DNA of 64,000 nucleotides from positions 87,482,001-87,546,000 of the forward strand of contig OX597814.1 in assembly GCA_951406725.2 (NCBI GenBank). Reading direction: 5' to 3'. This stretch comes from Octopus vulgaris (Eukaryota). This document shows, piece by piece, positions 1 through 12,495 of this stretch (position 1 is its first letter; every line of letters starts with the position of its first letter). The position numbers were made by a program, and so were the translations under genes. Under the pieces are notes generated by a model. That model searched no databases. It was not told the DNA's origin and was given only the letters and a program-made list of their open reading frames with translations.

Positions 1-2
1 AA

Positions 3-170
3 CATTTAGCAACAACTTTCTACCACTGGTCACTAGGACTTGTAATTTCATGCCTTGGATTCAGCTTCTATTTATTTGCCCCACTTGCTTATGGTATGTC
101 TGGTCCAGAGGCTGCTGATGAATCAAGTAAAATGCATAAGTTAAAATGGCTGAATTCCTGGGAAATCTAA
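3..170 (+). CDS. POMT2: Protein O-mannosyltransferase 2, C-terminal coding segment (partial, last exon)
   Basis: Frame 3 reads HLATTFYHWSLGLVISCLGFSFYLFAPLAYGMSGPEAADESSKMHKLKWLNSWEI* (TAA 168-170). This matches the POMT2 C-terminus as I recall it (SFYLFxPLAYGMxGP...LxWLxSWDF). Not in the ORF track. Confidence 0.88.
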   Translation, partial: HLATTFYHWSLGLVISCLGFSFYLFAPLAYGMSGPEAADESSKMHKLKWLNSWEI

Positions 171-1947
171 TACATACAGAGATGTCTAGCTGTTATTCCC
201 TTATGTAAACTACTGAGCTTTCTGAATACCTTAAGACCATTATATTCAATTACTTCGTTAGTTTTGTAATTCCATTTCAATTACACACATGTGGCTGAAC
301 AAATTACTAATTATGCTGCATACACTACAATGTTAAGTTCCTTCAACATAAAATTGTCTTCATTACTGGATATATTTAACTTAGTACGCTCTTAGAAATT
401 TACACTTATATGGCTTTAACAATTTTTCAACAAAATTTATAATTTTTAATTCTAATTTTGCAGTAATACTTTTTATTTTTAGCATACAAAATATTGTAAT
501 TTTTTTGATCATTTATTCTTTCATTTATTTTTTTAACTTACTCAACCAATTTTTTAAATTACCTAAATGTACTTTCACAAATTGTTTTATTGTACACACA
601 CACATCCATCCATGTATACACACGCGCTATATATGCGTGTGTACTTTCCATAGTCTTCTGTGTCACATTTAGTTACTGTTCTTCCTATGTCACAGCCCTT
701 GTCTCACTTGTATATGCACAGTATTTTTGGACCACATGTATTTTGTTCCCATGCTACTTATTTTGAGGTGTGATGGGCACTTTGTCACTATGGATTAGGG
801 GTGATTAGTAGCTCACCACTGATGTTGATGCCACCTTTCTGACCACTTATTACCATGTCAAGATGTGAAAACCTTTCAAGAGATGGCATTTCCCTGTTTG
901 GTCATTTTCCTGATTGGAACTCTTATGAGTGAGGATAGAAGAGCTGTATTAGTGGTTCATCCTGAATTCACTTCCCTGAGAAGTTTGATTTGTTGAGTGT
1001 TGATCCCTTACATCTCCAGAGACTTCAGCACATCATTCACTTTGATGCATAGCATCAAAGTGAATGAAGTGCTATATATATATATGCTTTGGTACTATGC
1101 ATCAGAGTGAATGAAATGCTATATATATATTTAAAAGAAAAGTTCTTCCTCATACATATGTGTGTGTGTGTGTGTATATGTATATACATATATATGTGAG
1201 TATATGTTATATATATATTTATTTGGATGAGAATTTAGCTGAGCAGTTCAGTAACTGAAAGTTATGATAGTGTTTCAATTTATATAGTATTTATTTTTTT
1301 TTTATTTGTTTGTATGTATATATGTATGCATGCATGTATGTATGTGAAATAGTAGCAATCTGAGCTTACAACTATATTCACTGGTTGCTCACCTACTATA
1401 CAGTACTTGCTATACATAGATACTGCATGTGAACATGTCATTATGAAATGTTTATACATAGACACTGCATACTAACATTGATCCCACAAAAATTACATCT
1501 AATATTCATTATCATTAATCATCATCATCATTTTTATGTCCACTTTCCCATATAAGAAATGTTGGGAGGAACATTTTGAGACAGTGTGGGTTTCTTGGTT
1601 GGAAGCTTTTGCTGTGCCAACTCTTTAGTCACTTCTTACATTACACTGAGACTCAATGTACTTATTTTACTATATTGCTACACATGGACATGTATGCATT
1701 CTTTAGTTTCCTGGGGTTTTCTTTTATAGTGATTGTTACCCAGGTCATGCTGGAGCACCACCTTGAACATGTGTCTAGCATGCAAACAGAACCAACATGC
1801 AACATTTCTAAAAGAGTGTTATTTCTCACTAACTTAAAATAAATACATCCCCAAAGACTCAGTTTTACACAAATGAAATTAAGATCTGCAAATAATAAAA
1901 CAGTGCTAAACCAAGCCAAGAGAGTAGGTGATATTTTCTTGATCTAC

Positions 1948-2150
1948 AGTGGCAAGTTGACAGAATTGTTAGCATGCCAGGCAAAATGCTTAGCGGTATT
2001 TCATCTGTCTCTATGTTCTGAGTTCAAATTCTGCCGAGGCTGGTTTTGCCTTTCATCCTTTCAGGGTCAATAAAATAAGTACCAGTTGAATATTGAGATC
2101 ACTTAGCCCCTTCCCCAAAACTGATAGCCTTGTACCAAAATTTGAAATCG
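1948..2150 (+). mobile_element. SINE of the same superfamily (other copies near 6655-6853, 6995-7420, 10875-11037 +; 35450-35630, 49615-49770 -)
   Basis: B-box-like GAGTTCAAATTC followed by TTTGCCTTTCATCCTTTCAGGG...AAGTACCAG. Confidence 0.8.
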
Positions 2151-2987
2151 ATATTTTCTTGACCTGCTAGATATAGCAACCAAATCTTCCTGAAATCAAA
2201 CCCCCATCGTCTTAAACAAGGAAGAACACTTTGTGGATATTGCTTGTCCTAGATGACCCCCAAAATACAATGTGATCATGGCTGGAATGCCTTTCATTAA
2301 AGTGGTCTGGATCAAAGCTGACCTTCGGCTAAACAACTACAATGCTAAATAATATGCTTTTTAGGTATATACCTTAATAACCATAATGGCACACTCGGTA
2401 GGAACTAAAGAAATACAAACATGTACACACAGCTGTAAACATGTGCAGATTGAGACATGTTTGAACACATATTTATCTATATAAAATATCAATCCAAAAA
2501 TTACATTACCTTGCAATCATATTCATATTTTATTTTATTTACATTAAAATTTTCTTTTACTATCTTTTTTCTTTTTACCAGAGTCACAAGTACATTGTCA
2601 TGTTTATTTTGAATTATTTTTATTAATTTAATTGTTTTGATATGCAAATTTTTTTGTTTTTATATGAAATTTGGTGGTTTATAGCAAAATTATTTAAGAA
2701 CAGATATTTCATCATAAATTTGAAACAGACATTGTGTGTAATATCTACCCATGGTGGATGCATGTGCTTAATAACAGGGAGATGGCACATACACACACAC
2801 ATATTTATAGTTGCACCACATATTGACCAGACTGTTGGATGTTCTTATACATTGCTGGTCACAATGCACTTAATTGCATTGTAGCTTTCAAATGAGGCTC
2901 AGCTAGCAGGCTAGCTCCCCACCCCGAACAGAATGTCAGTCCATTACAGGATTACCTATTTAGCAGCTGAGTGGATTATGTGTGTGT

Positions 2988-3020
<33 letters not shown>

Positions 3021-3022
<2 letters not shown>

Positions 3023-3197
3023 ATCATCATCATCATCGTTTAATGTCTGCTTTCCATGCTAGCATGGGTTGAACGATTTGACTGAGGTCTGGAGAACCAG
3101 ACTCCAATCTGATCTGGCAGAGTTTCTACAGCTGGATGCCCTTCCTAACGCCAACCACTCCGAGAGTGTAGTGGGTGCTTTTACATGCCACCGGCAC
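3021..3197 (-). mobile_element. RTE 3' tail fragment (similar pieces near 1515-1630, 4900-5000, 7420-7810, 29480-29745 +, 31550-31700, 33510-33710 +)
   Basis: (CAT)n GTTTAATGTCTGCTTTCCATGCTAGCATGGGTTG...GCTGGATGCCCTTCCTAACGCCAACC is the reverse complement of the RTE tail. Confidence 0.85.
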
Positions 3198-3268
3198 ACA
3201 CACATATATATATATATATGTGTGTGTGTGTGTATGTGTACATATATATATATACATATATATGAGTA

Positions 3269-3312
<44 letters not shown>

Positions 3313-4144
3313 GAGAGAGAGAGAGAGAAGAGAGCCTTCCATCTTATCTGTGCAATGAAATCATTTTAGTCTTCTGCAATATCAGCATGTAAAAATTGCT
3401 TAATATGGAAAGCAATTTTTAGGCACCTTTATTAAGAATATCCTAATTCCACCCAGAGATCTTTACATGGAACTATGTGTGTGTGTGTGTTTTTTTATGT
3501 CAAGTTATATATAAAAGCAATTTGGCATTAAACTGAAGGATTATCCAATACATTTTAGTAGAGTACATATTTATTAAGTTTTACCAAGAAAAGGTTGACA
3601 GTGACTTTGAAGCATACTCGCTTTCATCTGACTTAGTGTCACTGTCAACATTTTCCTTGTGAAAAATATATATACACACATATAGTAAGGTGGGATAAGT
3701 GCTATAGATTAGACTACAAAACCTTGATAAGTCTATAACCTGATTTCGGAAATTCTTCAAATCATTTATATGTAATGAAAATCACAAGTGATATTACACT
3801 TCATTCAGAAAATCTTAAATTAATCTTTTAACTGTGTAATAAGACATTTTATGATGTTGACAAAAGCTTATTTAATTGTACTTTAACTACAATAATATTT
3901 TCTCCACCACTTCTATTATAAGTATGCAGTATTAAAGGTATAAAGTTAAAATTATCATCATCATCATCATTGCCATCACCTTCATGATTAAACAATCATG
4001 AATCAATAATGTGCTTTTTCCCAAATAATGTCACTAATCTGAAATTTCAAAATCATTTTCAAATTATTTGGTCAAAAGCAAACCAATATTTCATCCTATA
4101 ATTGGTTTGCAAGATTCTTGATGTGGACTTGTGTGTTGAAACAG

Positions 4145-4570
4145 AATTTGTTATATTTTGTGATGTTCATTACACCAATAATTAATACATGCATTGGTTC
4201 AATTTTACTTATTTTTATTTAATCAACTTATTAGTTATTTAAGCAACTGACTAATCTATTGTTTAATTAGTCATTCAGTTAATTCATCAATCAGTTGTGT
4301 TCACCACAGTCATTTTGTTGCTATCCATGACCTCTTCAATGATATGTCCTCTCTGTCCCAGTTCTGTTTCAGGTCTGTTTGAGACATGTCTTTGAAGAGG
4401 TCACGAATGGTGACAAAAGAATTTTACCAAATGCAACTGAGTGATTAATCAAACAACTAGTTAGTTAGTTGGTTAAATAGCTAACCAATTGATGAATAAT
4501 AAAGAAGTAAAATTGAACCAGTGCATGTATTTATTATTGGTATAATGACTCTCTAAATATAAAACAAACT
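4145..4570. repeat. Diverged ~425-bp palindromic (foldback) element
   Basis: AATACATGCATTGGTTCAATTTTACTT vs AAGTAAAATTGAACCAGTGCATGTATT; TGACCTCTTCAA vs TTGAAGAGGTCA; centre near 4365. Confidence 0.8.
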
Positions 4571-5794
4571 AATAATTATGATATTTTCTTTGATTGGCAC
4601 AAAATTGCAAATTGCAGTCAGCATATAACTCAATTGAATTGGCCTCAATCAATTCTTTTAACAATTCTAGGGGAAGCAAAGGCAAAATCACCTCTGTAGG
4701 ATTTGAACTTGGAATTTAAAAAATTAAGCTAAACATTGAAAGCCTGTTAATCGTGTGCTCTTTACATTTAAATATTAACTTTGCTTTTGTAACAGTAATG
4801 TTTCTTACTTAGACATAATGCCCATTTTATTAGGGAGGATAATTGAAATAATCTGGGTACTTATTTTATCTATTCTACAAAGGTGAAAACCAAATTTCAT
4901 CATTGTCATCATTTTTATATCTGCTTTTCTATGCTGGCATGGGTTGTATGGGAGTTTTTGATGCAGTGTTTAACACTTGAATACCCTTTTTGGCACCAGC
5001 CCTTTTAATTACTTCTTATGACATGCAAGAACACAGTGTACCTATTCTAAAAATCAAGAGGATACACACAGTTTAAACCTAAACCTAATAAATCTTACAA
5101 AATTCACCCTAACATTAAGAATGGCTTTTAAGTATTCACTCTATGGAACTAGCTTTAAATGGGTAGGTGAGTGTGTTTCTTGGAACAATAATTTCTATAG
5201 CTGAATATTCTGCCTACTACATAGCAGTGAATTAAGAATGAAACTTGTTCTTCCTTTGTACAATTAGACCAAGTAGAGCAAGTGCAGCTAGGGGCCTCAT
5301 TCAAAGAGATACCACAGTGACAACAGAGAAAATATTTCTAATACCTTAGCAGATATGCTTAGGTATTAAATGTTAAAATTCTTGTCTATTTTGTTAGCAA
5401 TTTACCAAAGGGTTTCCTGTTTTCTGCTGGTTTGTTTTATCTATTCTTTAATCGTTACAGATAATTGATTGACCTGCTAGTCTGCTGTCACATATTATCT
5501 CAATTGAGAATGTTCTTTTGTATATGTCATTTCACCTTGACATTATTTTCAATTATTTTGTTAACACAAACTTTAGATTTTTTTTATTGATTTAAGCTAT
5601 CTTCATTGGTGGCCACATTTGCAGATAGAATAGCAGTATGGACTGGATACTTTAACAGTAATTTAGTGCAAATTCAAGTGCTTCTTAAAACCCTGCCAAG
5701 GTTGACATGAAGTTTGCTTTTCATCCTTTGAGAATCTATAAAATATGACTAGTAAATATAATAGAATCATTTACACCAGTAATAATCTTTATGT

Positions 5795-5935
5795 CAGGTA
5801 TAGGCAACCTTTTTCAAGAAGTGAGTCGCATGAAACATGGCTTATAATCTGACAGGCTGCACTACTAAAAGAAATTCATGGTAATATTTCAGTAAGCATT
5901 CAGAAAGTCTTGCATGCTACAAGATGTCCATGATG
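5795..5935. mobile_element. Short hAT-type MITE
   Basis: CAGGTATAGGCAACCTTTTT start (Charlie-like); 8-bp flanks CTTTATGT / GTTTATGT (7 of 8 match). Confidence 0.6.
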
Positions 5936-8900
5936 GTTTATGTCATCATTTTTCTTGCTAGAAATAGCAGCCAAATGTTCTTTAAACTACATATTATCAT
6001 CTTAAAAAGGATGCCTTACATAATATTGTTAAGGGTATGCAACACCTGACAATAAGACATGATTTTCACAACTGGAATTACTTTGTGTATGTGTGTGATC
6101 TGGGTCATTTGGGGCCAAACTCCAACAACTGTGATCAATTGAATTAACTATACTCCCAAAATTGGCCTTGTCTCTAATTAAAGTAATGCTTTAAAAACCA
6201 TTGAAAAATATAAACAAAAAACAAAGTTCCACTGTTATGTGTTGCCAAAGGAAGACAACAGCTATATAACAACTTCACTTCTGAGAACACCTCACTGAAA
6301 TAAAGGAAGGATTGTTGGCAAAATGGGTCTGGCATAAACAGCAGAACATTAGACTTTATATCTAATTTTAGATATCATTTTGCATTCAAATGCTGCAATT
6401 TAGTCTATTTTGCTGGCTTTCATCCCTCTGAGAATCACTATAATTGGTTCCAGTGATAAACTAAAGCTAGCCCAATCAACTATATTTACTTCTATTATGA
6501 AAACTACTTTGTACTCTGACCAAAGAATTAATTTTTTGTATTTATATAGTTAAAAAATATATATAAGTCATAGAGAAAACTGTTATCTCACTTAATTCTT
6601 TATGATTTGAATTCATATCTCATTGATATCTTTCATTTTTACTCATTAAGAAAGCAGCAATGACAGAATCGTTAGTACATCAGGCAAAATGCTTAGCAGC
6701 ATTTTGTTTATCTTTACATTCTGAGTTCAAATTCCACCGAGGTCAAATTTGGGGGTTGACAAAATATGTACCAGTTGAGTCCTAGGCTTGATGTTATTGA
6801 CTTAGCCCTTCCTCTGAAATTGCTGGCTTTGTGCCAAAATTTGAAACCATTATTACCCATTTAAAATTGATAAATTAAATTATCAGTAATGCTGTGAGGT
6901 CATTTTAATGAACTCTGTTAAACTCACTAAAATAATGGCTTAGTGATTTATGAAAAAAACTTTATTATTGTGGTATTTATTCCTGTTTTTTTTTTTTCAT
7001 TCTAAGTTCAAATTCCATGGAAATCAATTTTGCCTTTCATCCTTTCAGTGTTGAAAACATAAACTACCAGTCAAATCCTGGGGTTGGTAGCATTAACCAA
7101 TCCCCTCCCGCTAAAAGTGTTGATCTTGTTGTCAAGATTGACTTTGCCTTTCATTCTTTTGGGATCAATAAAATAAATACTGTTTGAACATGCAATCAAC
7201 TTATCTCCTCTCCTGAACTTGCTGGCCTTGTGTCAAAATTTAAAATCATTATTAAGGCTGTGAACTGGCAGAATGGTTAGCATACTGAACAAAACACTTA
7301 GCAGCACTTTGTTCATCTTTACATTTTTAGTTCAAATTTTGTCAAGTACTGGGGCCAATGTAATTGATTTCCCCTTCCCTTCAAAAGCTATTGGTCCAGT
7401 GCCAAAACTTGGAACCCTTTATCATCATCATTGTTTAACATCCACTTTCCATGTTGGCATGGGTTGGACAGTTTGATAGGAGCTGTCCAGACTCCAGTTG
7501 TCTGTTTTTGGCATAGTTTCTATGGCTGGATGCCTTCTTAATGCCAACCACTTTACAGAGTATGCTGGGTGCTTTTTACATACCATCAGCACAGATGTGG
7601 TTGGATAGCACCAACACCAGTGCATTTTACATGGCATGACACTTACCAGACAAATACCTCTCAGCTGGGAGAGGGAATGGTGGCATGGCTATAGAGGACA
7701 TGCCTGTATGTATGGATGGTTGTGATTTTATTCAGCTTGACATGTTTTCTCATGTACAGTTAATGGCCACAAGTCCCAGTCCCTATCATCTCCTCAGTAA
7801 GGCCCAGCATTTATTTTTATTATTGTCGTTATTACTAGAGAAGGCACTAAACACCCTAACTAGTGGTTAAGGTGTTCAACTTATAAGATTTGGGACTTCA
7901 ATTCTTTGACTGAATGGCATATTAATATCTTTAAGCAAGACATTTCATTTCACATTGCTCCTATCTATTCCTTTGTAATAAGTACCAGATGGGTGTTGGT
8001 GGAGCCCCGCCTTCCTCCAGCTGTCATATCCTGGATCTTTTATTGAGTTATGGGTCAGGGAATAGGGAGGGTATCTATGTCTGCTCGCAACTGCATAGAC
8101 ATCTATAACAGTTAGCGAAAGCATGGTATGTATTACTAAGTCATGTTTATTAACTCACAAGTGACAGCTGGCTGTATGTTTACTACTGCTACATCTACTA
8201 TTGATTTTTCTTGTTGTTTAGTAGCCAACTCTCCAGCAGATATCTGATCAAGACATTCCAGCTTTGACAATCCTGTCTCCCCCACCACTTAGATGGTACA
8301 CCTAGAATTAAATTACCCAAAGTATATGGCAGTATTTGATTTGAAGGAGATTTGCCTCTTATATACAAATAACCATGTAGAAGAGGGTCCTTCTTTAAGT
8401 CATTGTACAAGAGAGTAGCGATTTAGCAGACACAGTGGAATAGAAAGCTGTGTATTTTACTTTCTGTTTTTTCTTCTATTTGTGGAGTTTATTAAACTAG
8501 CACTTGTGATATACTAAGGCAAATTCAACTGTCTGTACTACATACACACGCACACAAATCAGAAATTCTCATTTAGAATTTGTCATCAGAAAAATATTAT
8601 GTGTATCTTACATGTTTTAATCAACATTTTTTTCTAGCATAATGGTAATGTTATGATGATGATAAGGAGTTCAGTGATGATGAATGGGTTTGCTTCATTT
8701 TAATTATTTTATTTTGTAAAACTTTATGTAGAAAATAACTTGATATCATCTATTCCTCCTTTGATTATATATTTGTGAATATTATTGTATACACACCATT
8801 AAACAGTATTATAACTTAAGATTGGCATATTATACGCAATCATTGCTATGGGCTGGTGCAATTGGATCCTGAAATACTCAAGTATTGGTGTTAACTAATA

Positions 8901-11900
8901 TTATAGTTAAAATATGACTCTTGGTTTTTTTTTGGCTAAGTTTAAAGCATTAAATTTCCAAGTCTTGAAATAGTTTCCATTTTTACACAAAATTGCATGA
9001 GAAGTAATTGAAATTATTTTGGTCACACTAGTATTTTAATTATAGTTACATTAGATGGAATGCTACTTTAACTATGACCTGCCAAAAGTATTAACTACAG
9101 CTTTATTTCTTTCATAGCTATGCACATACTACATTATCATAAACATTCTCATACTTTTACACCTTTTTTTCATATCTTATTAAAAGTATATTCAACAATA
9201 AAATGCATTATATTTGATATATTATTAATACCATTAAAACATTTTTTCATCTAATAACTTTTACTAAATGTATGTTTACAATTGTATTATTAATAAAATT
9301 CTGACAGTATTCATTCTTTTTTTAAAATTGGGAAGTATTTCTGCTGATGTGTGGTAGAGATAAAAGAAAAAAAAAAGAAATTTTCAAAATATTTTATATC
9401 TGACTTTTAAAATGTTTTATATGAAACTGTGATAAATATTTTCTCAATTAGAATGACTCACACTAATCAACACAGCTTGATATCATAAGTTGGTCTTTAA
9501 TAACAAAGTTCTTTTGTTTTATCTAGAAGAATAATTTTATTTGTTATGTTTATCATCTGATAATGACCAATCAAACAAAATTTTCCAGTTTCAATTTGTT
9601 TAGAAGATAAAATAACTGCTTCTGTGAAAATCTCCAAATGTTAACTATTTTATTTTTCTCTCACACACATGCCTTTTTCCAGTAGGGAAGTCAACTGTTT
9701 AACTAAAAGAATTTAACTTCACAATTTCATCAAGTTATCCTAGTGATTTCTTGATGTCTTGTTTCACAGCAGTGAAGTAAATGACTGAAGGATCATTTTT
9801 TATATATACATATAAATCCTCTCAAGTTAAAAATATTATGAATGCTCTAAATTAATTATAATCATTAAATGCTATATCATTGTTTCTGTATATATCTACA
9901 GAATAAAGACATGTATCAGTGTTTTATTCTTTTTTTTTCTTCTTTTTTATGTGTTTCTGTTATTCATTTTCTTTTGTTTTTGTTTTTTTTATTGGCCAGA
10001 GAGCAATTGATGATACTGGCCAATTGTAGGTTGGACAAAATTGTTATGTGATTAGCCTTGGTCCTTGGTAATCATTCAAAATTATTGACCTTCCAAATAT
10101 GCACATTGCCCAACTCCCCAATCAATGATGAAAATATGAAAGGAATAAGATAAATCCAACAGTGAGAGAGAGAGAGAATATTTTTTCACTCCTCACAGCA
10201 AATCAACTTTTCTGCAAACACATTCTGGATTATTTTTTGACAGACCAGCATAGATCAGTTTTTTCATATTTTAATGTAGGAGTTATACAAGAACAAATAT
10301 ATATCTATACTCTAATAAAACTTTTTAAAAAAAGCTGCTTATTAATTAGTATGTGTATGTAACTTATTAAAGTCTATTCTGTCCAGAAAATTCTTATAAA
10401 TTCCTATTTTAATATGCTTTTATCAAAATGTGGTTTTGAAAATTTTTTATCAATGAATATTTCAATTTCATCATTCAGTTACAAACCTAGTTTTTATTCA
10501 CTGCAGCATAGTTATCTTACAATGCGAGTCAACTTTTATTGGTGTTTTTGTTCATACTTTAGTATAAAAACATGTATACTCCACTTAACTTTCTCAGAAA
10601 TTTATATTTTTAAGTAAAATTTTCTACAAATATTTTTCAGATGATGTATATTATAGTATCAAAATTTAATGGGGGAAAATTAGAGGCAGGTTGCAATATT
10701 TTATGCATCCTGACTTGGTTTCCTCAAACATTTTAATAATGCAAATTGAAAAAATTACTTTTGTGAACTATTCCATCATTTCCTGAAAATTTTCTGAATG
10801 AAATCCTTGTAAAATAAATAGATAAAATGCTAACAATAATTATTAAATACATATTTCTTTCATTATTTAATTGTAGTTGTCTGTCTTCATGTTCTGAGTT
10901 CAAATTCTGCCAATGTTGACTTTGCCTTTCATCCTTTCAGGGTTGATAAATTAAGTACCAGTTGTGTACTAAAGTTGATCTAATTGACTGGCCTCCTTTC
11001 CCCAAAATTTTGGGCCTTGTGCCTAGAGTAGAAAAGATTTTATAGTAGTCTTAATCTCTGTGCTTTAAAAAAGCCCCAAAGGAACCAATCCTCTACATGG
11101 TTGTTTAGTATGCTAGAAACAGCAGGGATCATGTGGACTTCAAAATTAATTTTTTTCAATATAATTGTAATATACATTATCGAAACATATGAAGAAACAG
11201 AGTCGAAATGTATAAAATATCAGCCCCCACCCACCTTTTTTTCTTTTTTGACATTAAATTCCTATAAAATTGTAATCATCTGAAATATATTTGTAAAAAA
11301 TTTCCATTTTTCAGAAAGTTATGAGAAAACAAAGTCGGTAGTGTGAGTTGGGGGAGGAGGCACCTTTCTGTAGTTATTTAGTGAACAAGTGAGCAGTATT
11401 AGGCAAATTAAGGATACAAAAGAAAATTGGATATAAGAAATCAGAAAGATTTCAGAAATTGGGAATCAAAAGTGTAAATATCATTTGGTGAAGAGCAGAA
11501 AACGGTCTGGAAGGCAGTCTTTCTGCTAGCATAGATAAAAACTAACATGTTTTTATTTTTCAATTATATTATATGATTAACATTGTCATGGGTATTTGAA
11601 TTGATGACAATTTTGCTGATTGGGGAATACAGTGTACAGAATATATTGAGCTTATCTATTGCCTGTGGCAGAGTGGCTCCTAACACAGCAAAATAATGGA
11701 GCACTAATTGATTGTACAGAAGTCTTGATACATCCTACACCTGTAAGTTATACCTCCACAGCTTTGTGAGCTGACCTATTAAAAATTAAACACACTCATA
11801 TCATAAGAATTCATTTTTTTCCTTCACTTTTCTCATAACCAGATGTTTCAGTTATTGTTCAACAACCAAATAAGAACTTTTGGATTCCTGAATAACTCCA

Positions 11901-12169
11901 CCCAAAATTGCAAAATCAATACTATAAACTCATTATTTTGCTTGTAGCATGTTCTAGGGGGTTTTTTTGCCCCCATTTTCAAGAAAATATATATGTATGA
12001 ATTTTTAGAATGAACTAGTATTTATTGGCTGACTATCCCTAATATCTGCAGTTTAATCTGAAATGAGATTGTCAATTTTCAAGTGTGTTCATTCATTTCA
12101 AAAAGTGATGATCATGACATGGTAAGTCCTCAGTAGATTTAAGCAATAAAAATAAATGAATAGTCATCG

Positions 12170-12420
12170 GCATGTAGTTTTGGGTTCAGTCCCACTACAC
12201 AGCACCTTGAGCAAGTATCATCTACTATTGCACTAAGCTGAACACTACCTTGTGAGTGAATTTGATTGGTGGAAACTGTGCAGAAGTCCAGTTTATGTAT
12301 ATAAAGTTAGCTTCTCAACCACATGTGTAGCACCTTGAGCTTGTGTCTTTTGCATTAGCCTCAGGCTGACCAAAGCCTTGTGAGTGGATTTGGTAGATGG
12401 AATCTGAAAGCCCATTATAC
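12170..12420 (+). mobile_element. tRNA-derived SINE, third family (OR-like; also 24957-25055, 28815-28975, 41575-41900, 43580-43675; tail piece at 16040-16242)
   Basis: GGTTCAGTCCCACT...CACCTTGAGCAAGT...CAAAGCCTTGTGAGTGGATTTGGTAGA.GGAA.CTGAAAG. Confidence 0.75.
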
Positions 12421-12495
12421 ACATATATTATAATAATAATAATAATTGTGTACAGTGCTCAGGTGCACTACAACTCATCTAAAGTGTATATATAA

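Noticed and set aside
3069-3392. ORFs rich in YI/CV/MYVC repeats (also 15742-16075, 48618-49228, 51816-52058, 61638-61931)
   Set aside because: Translations of microsatellites.
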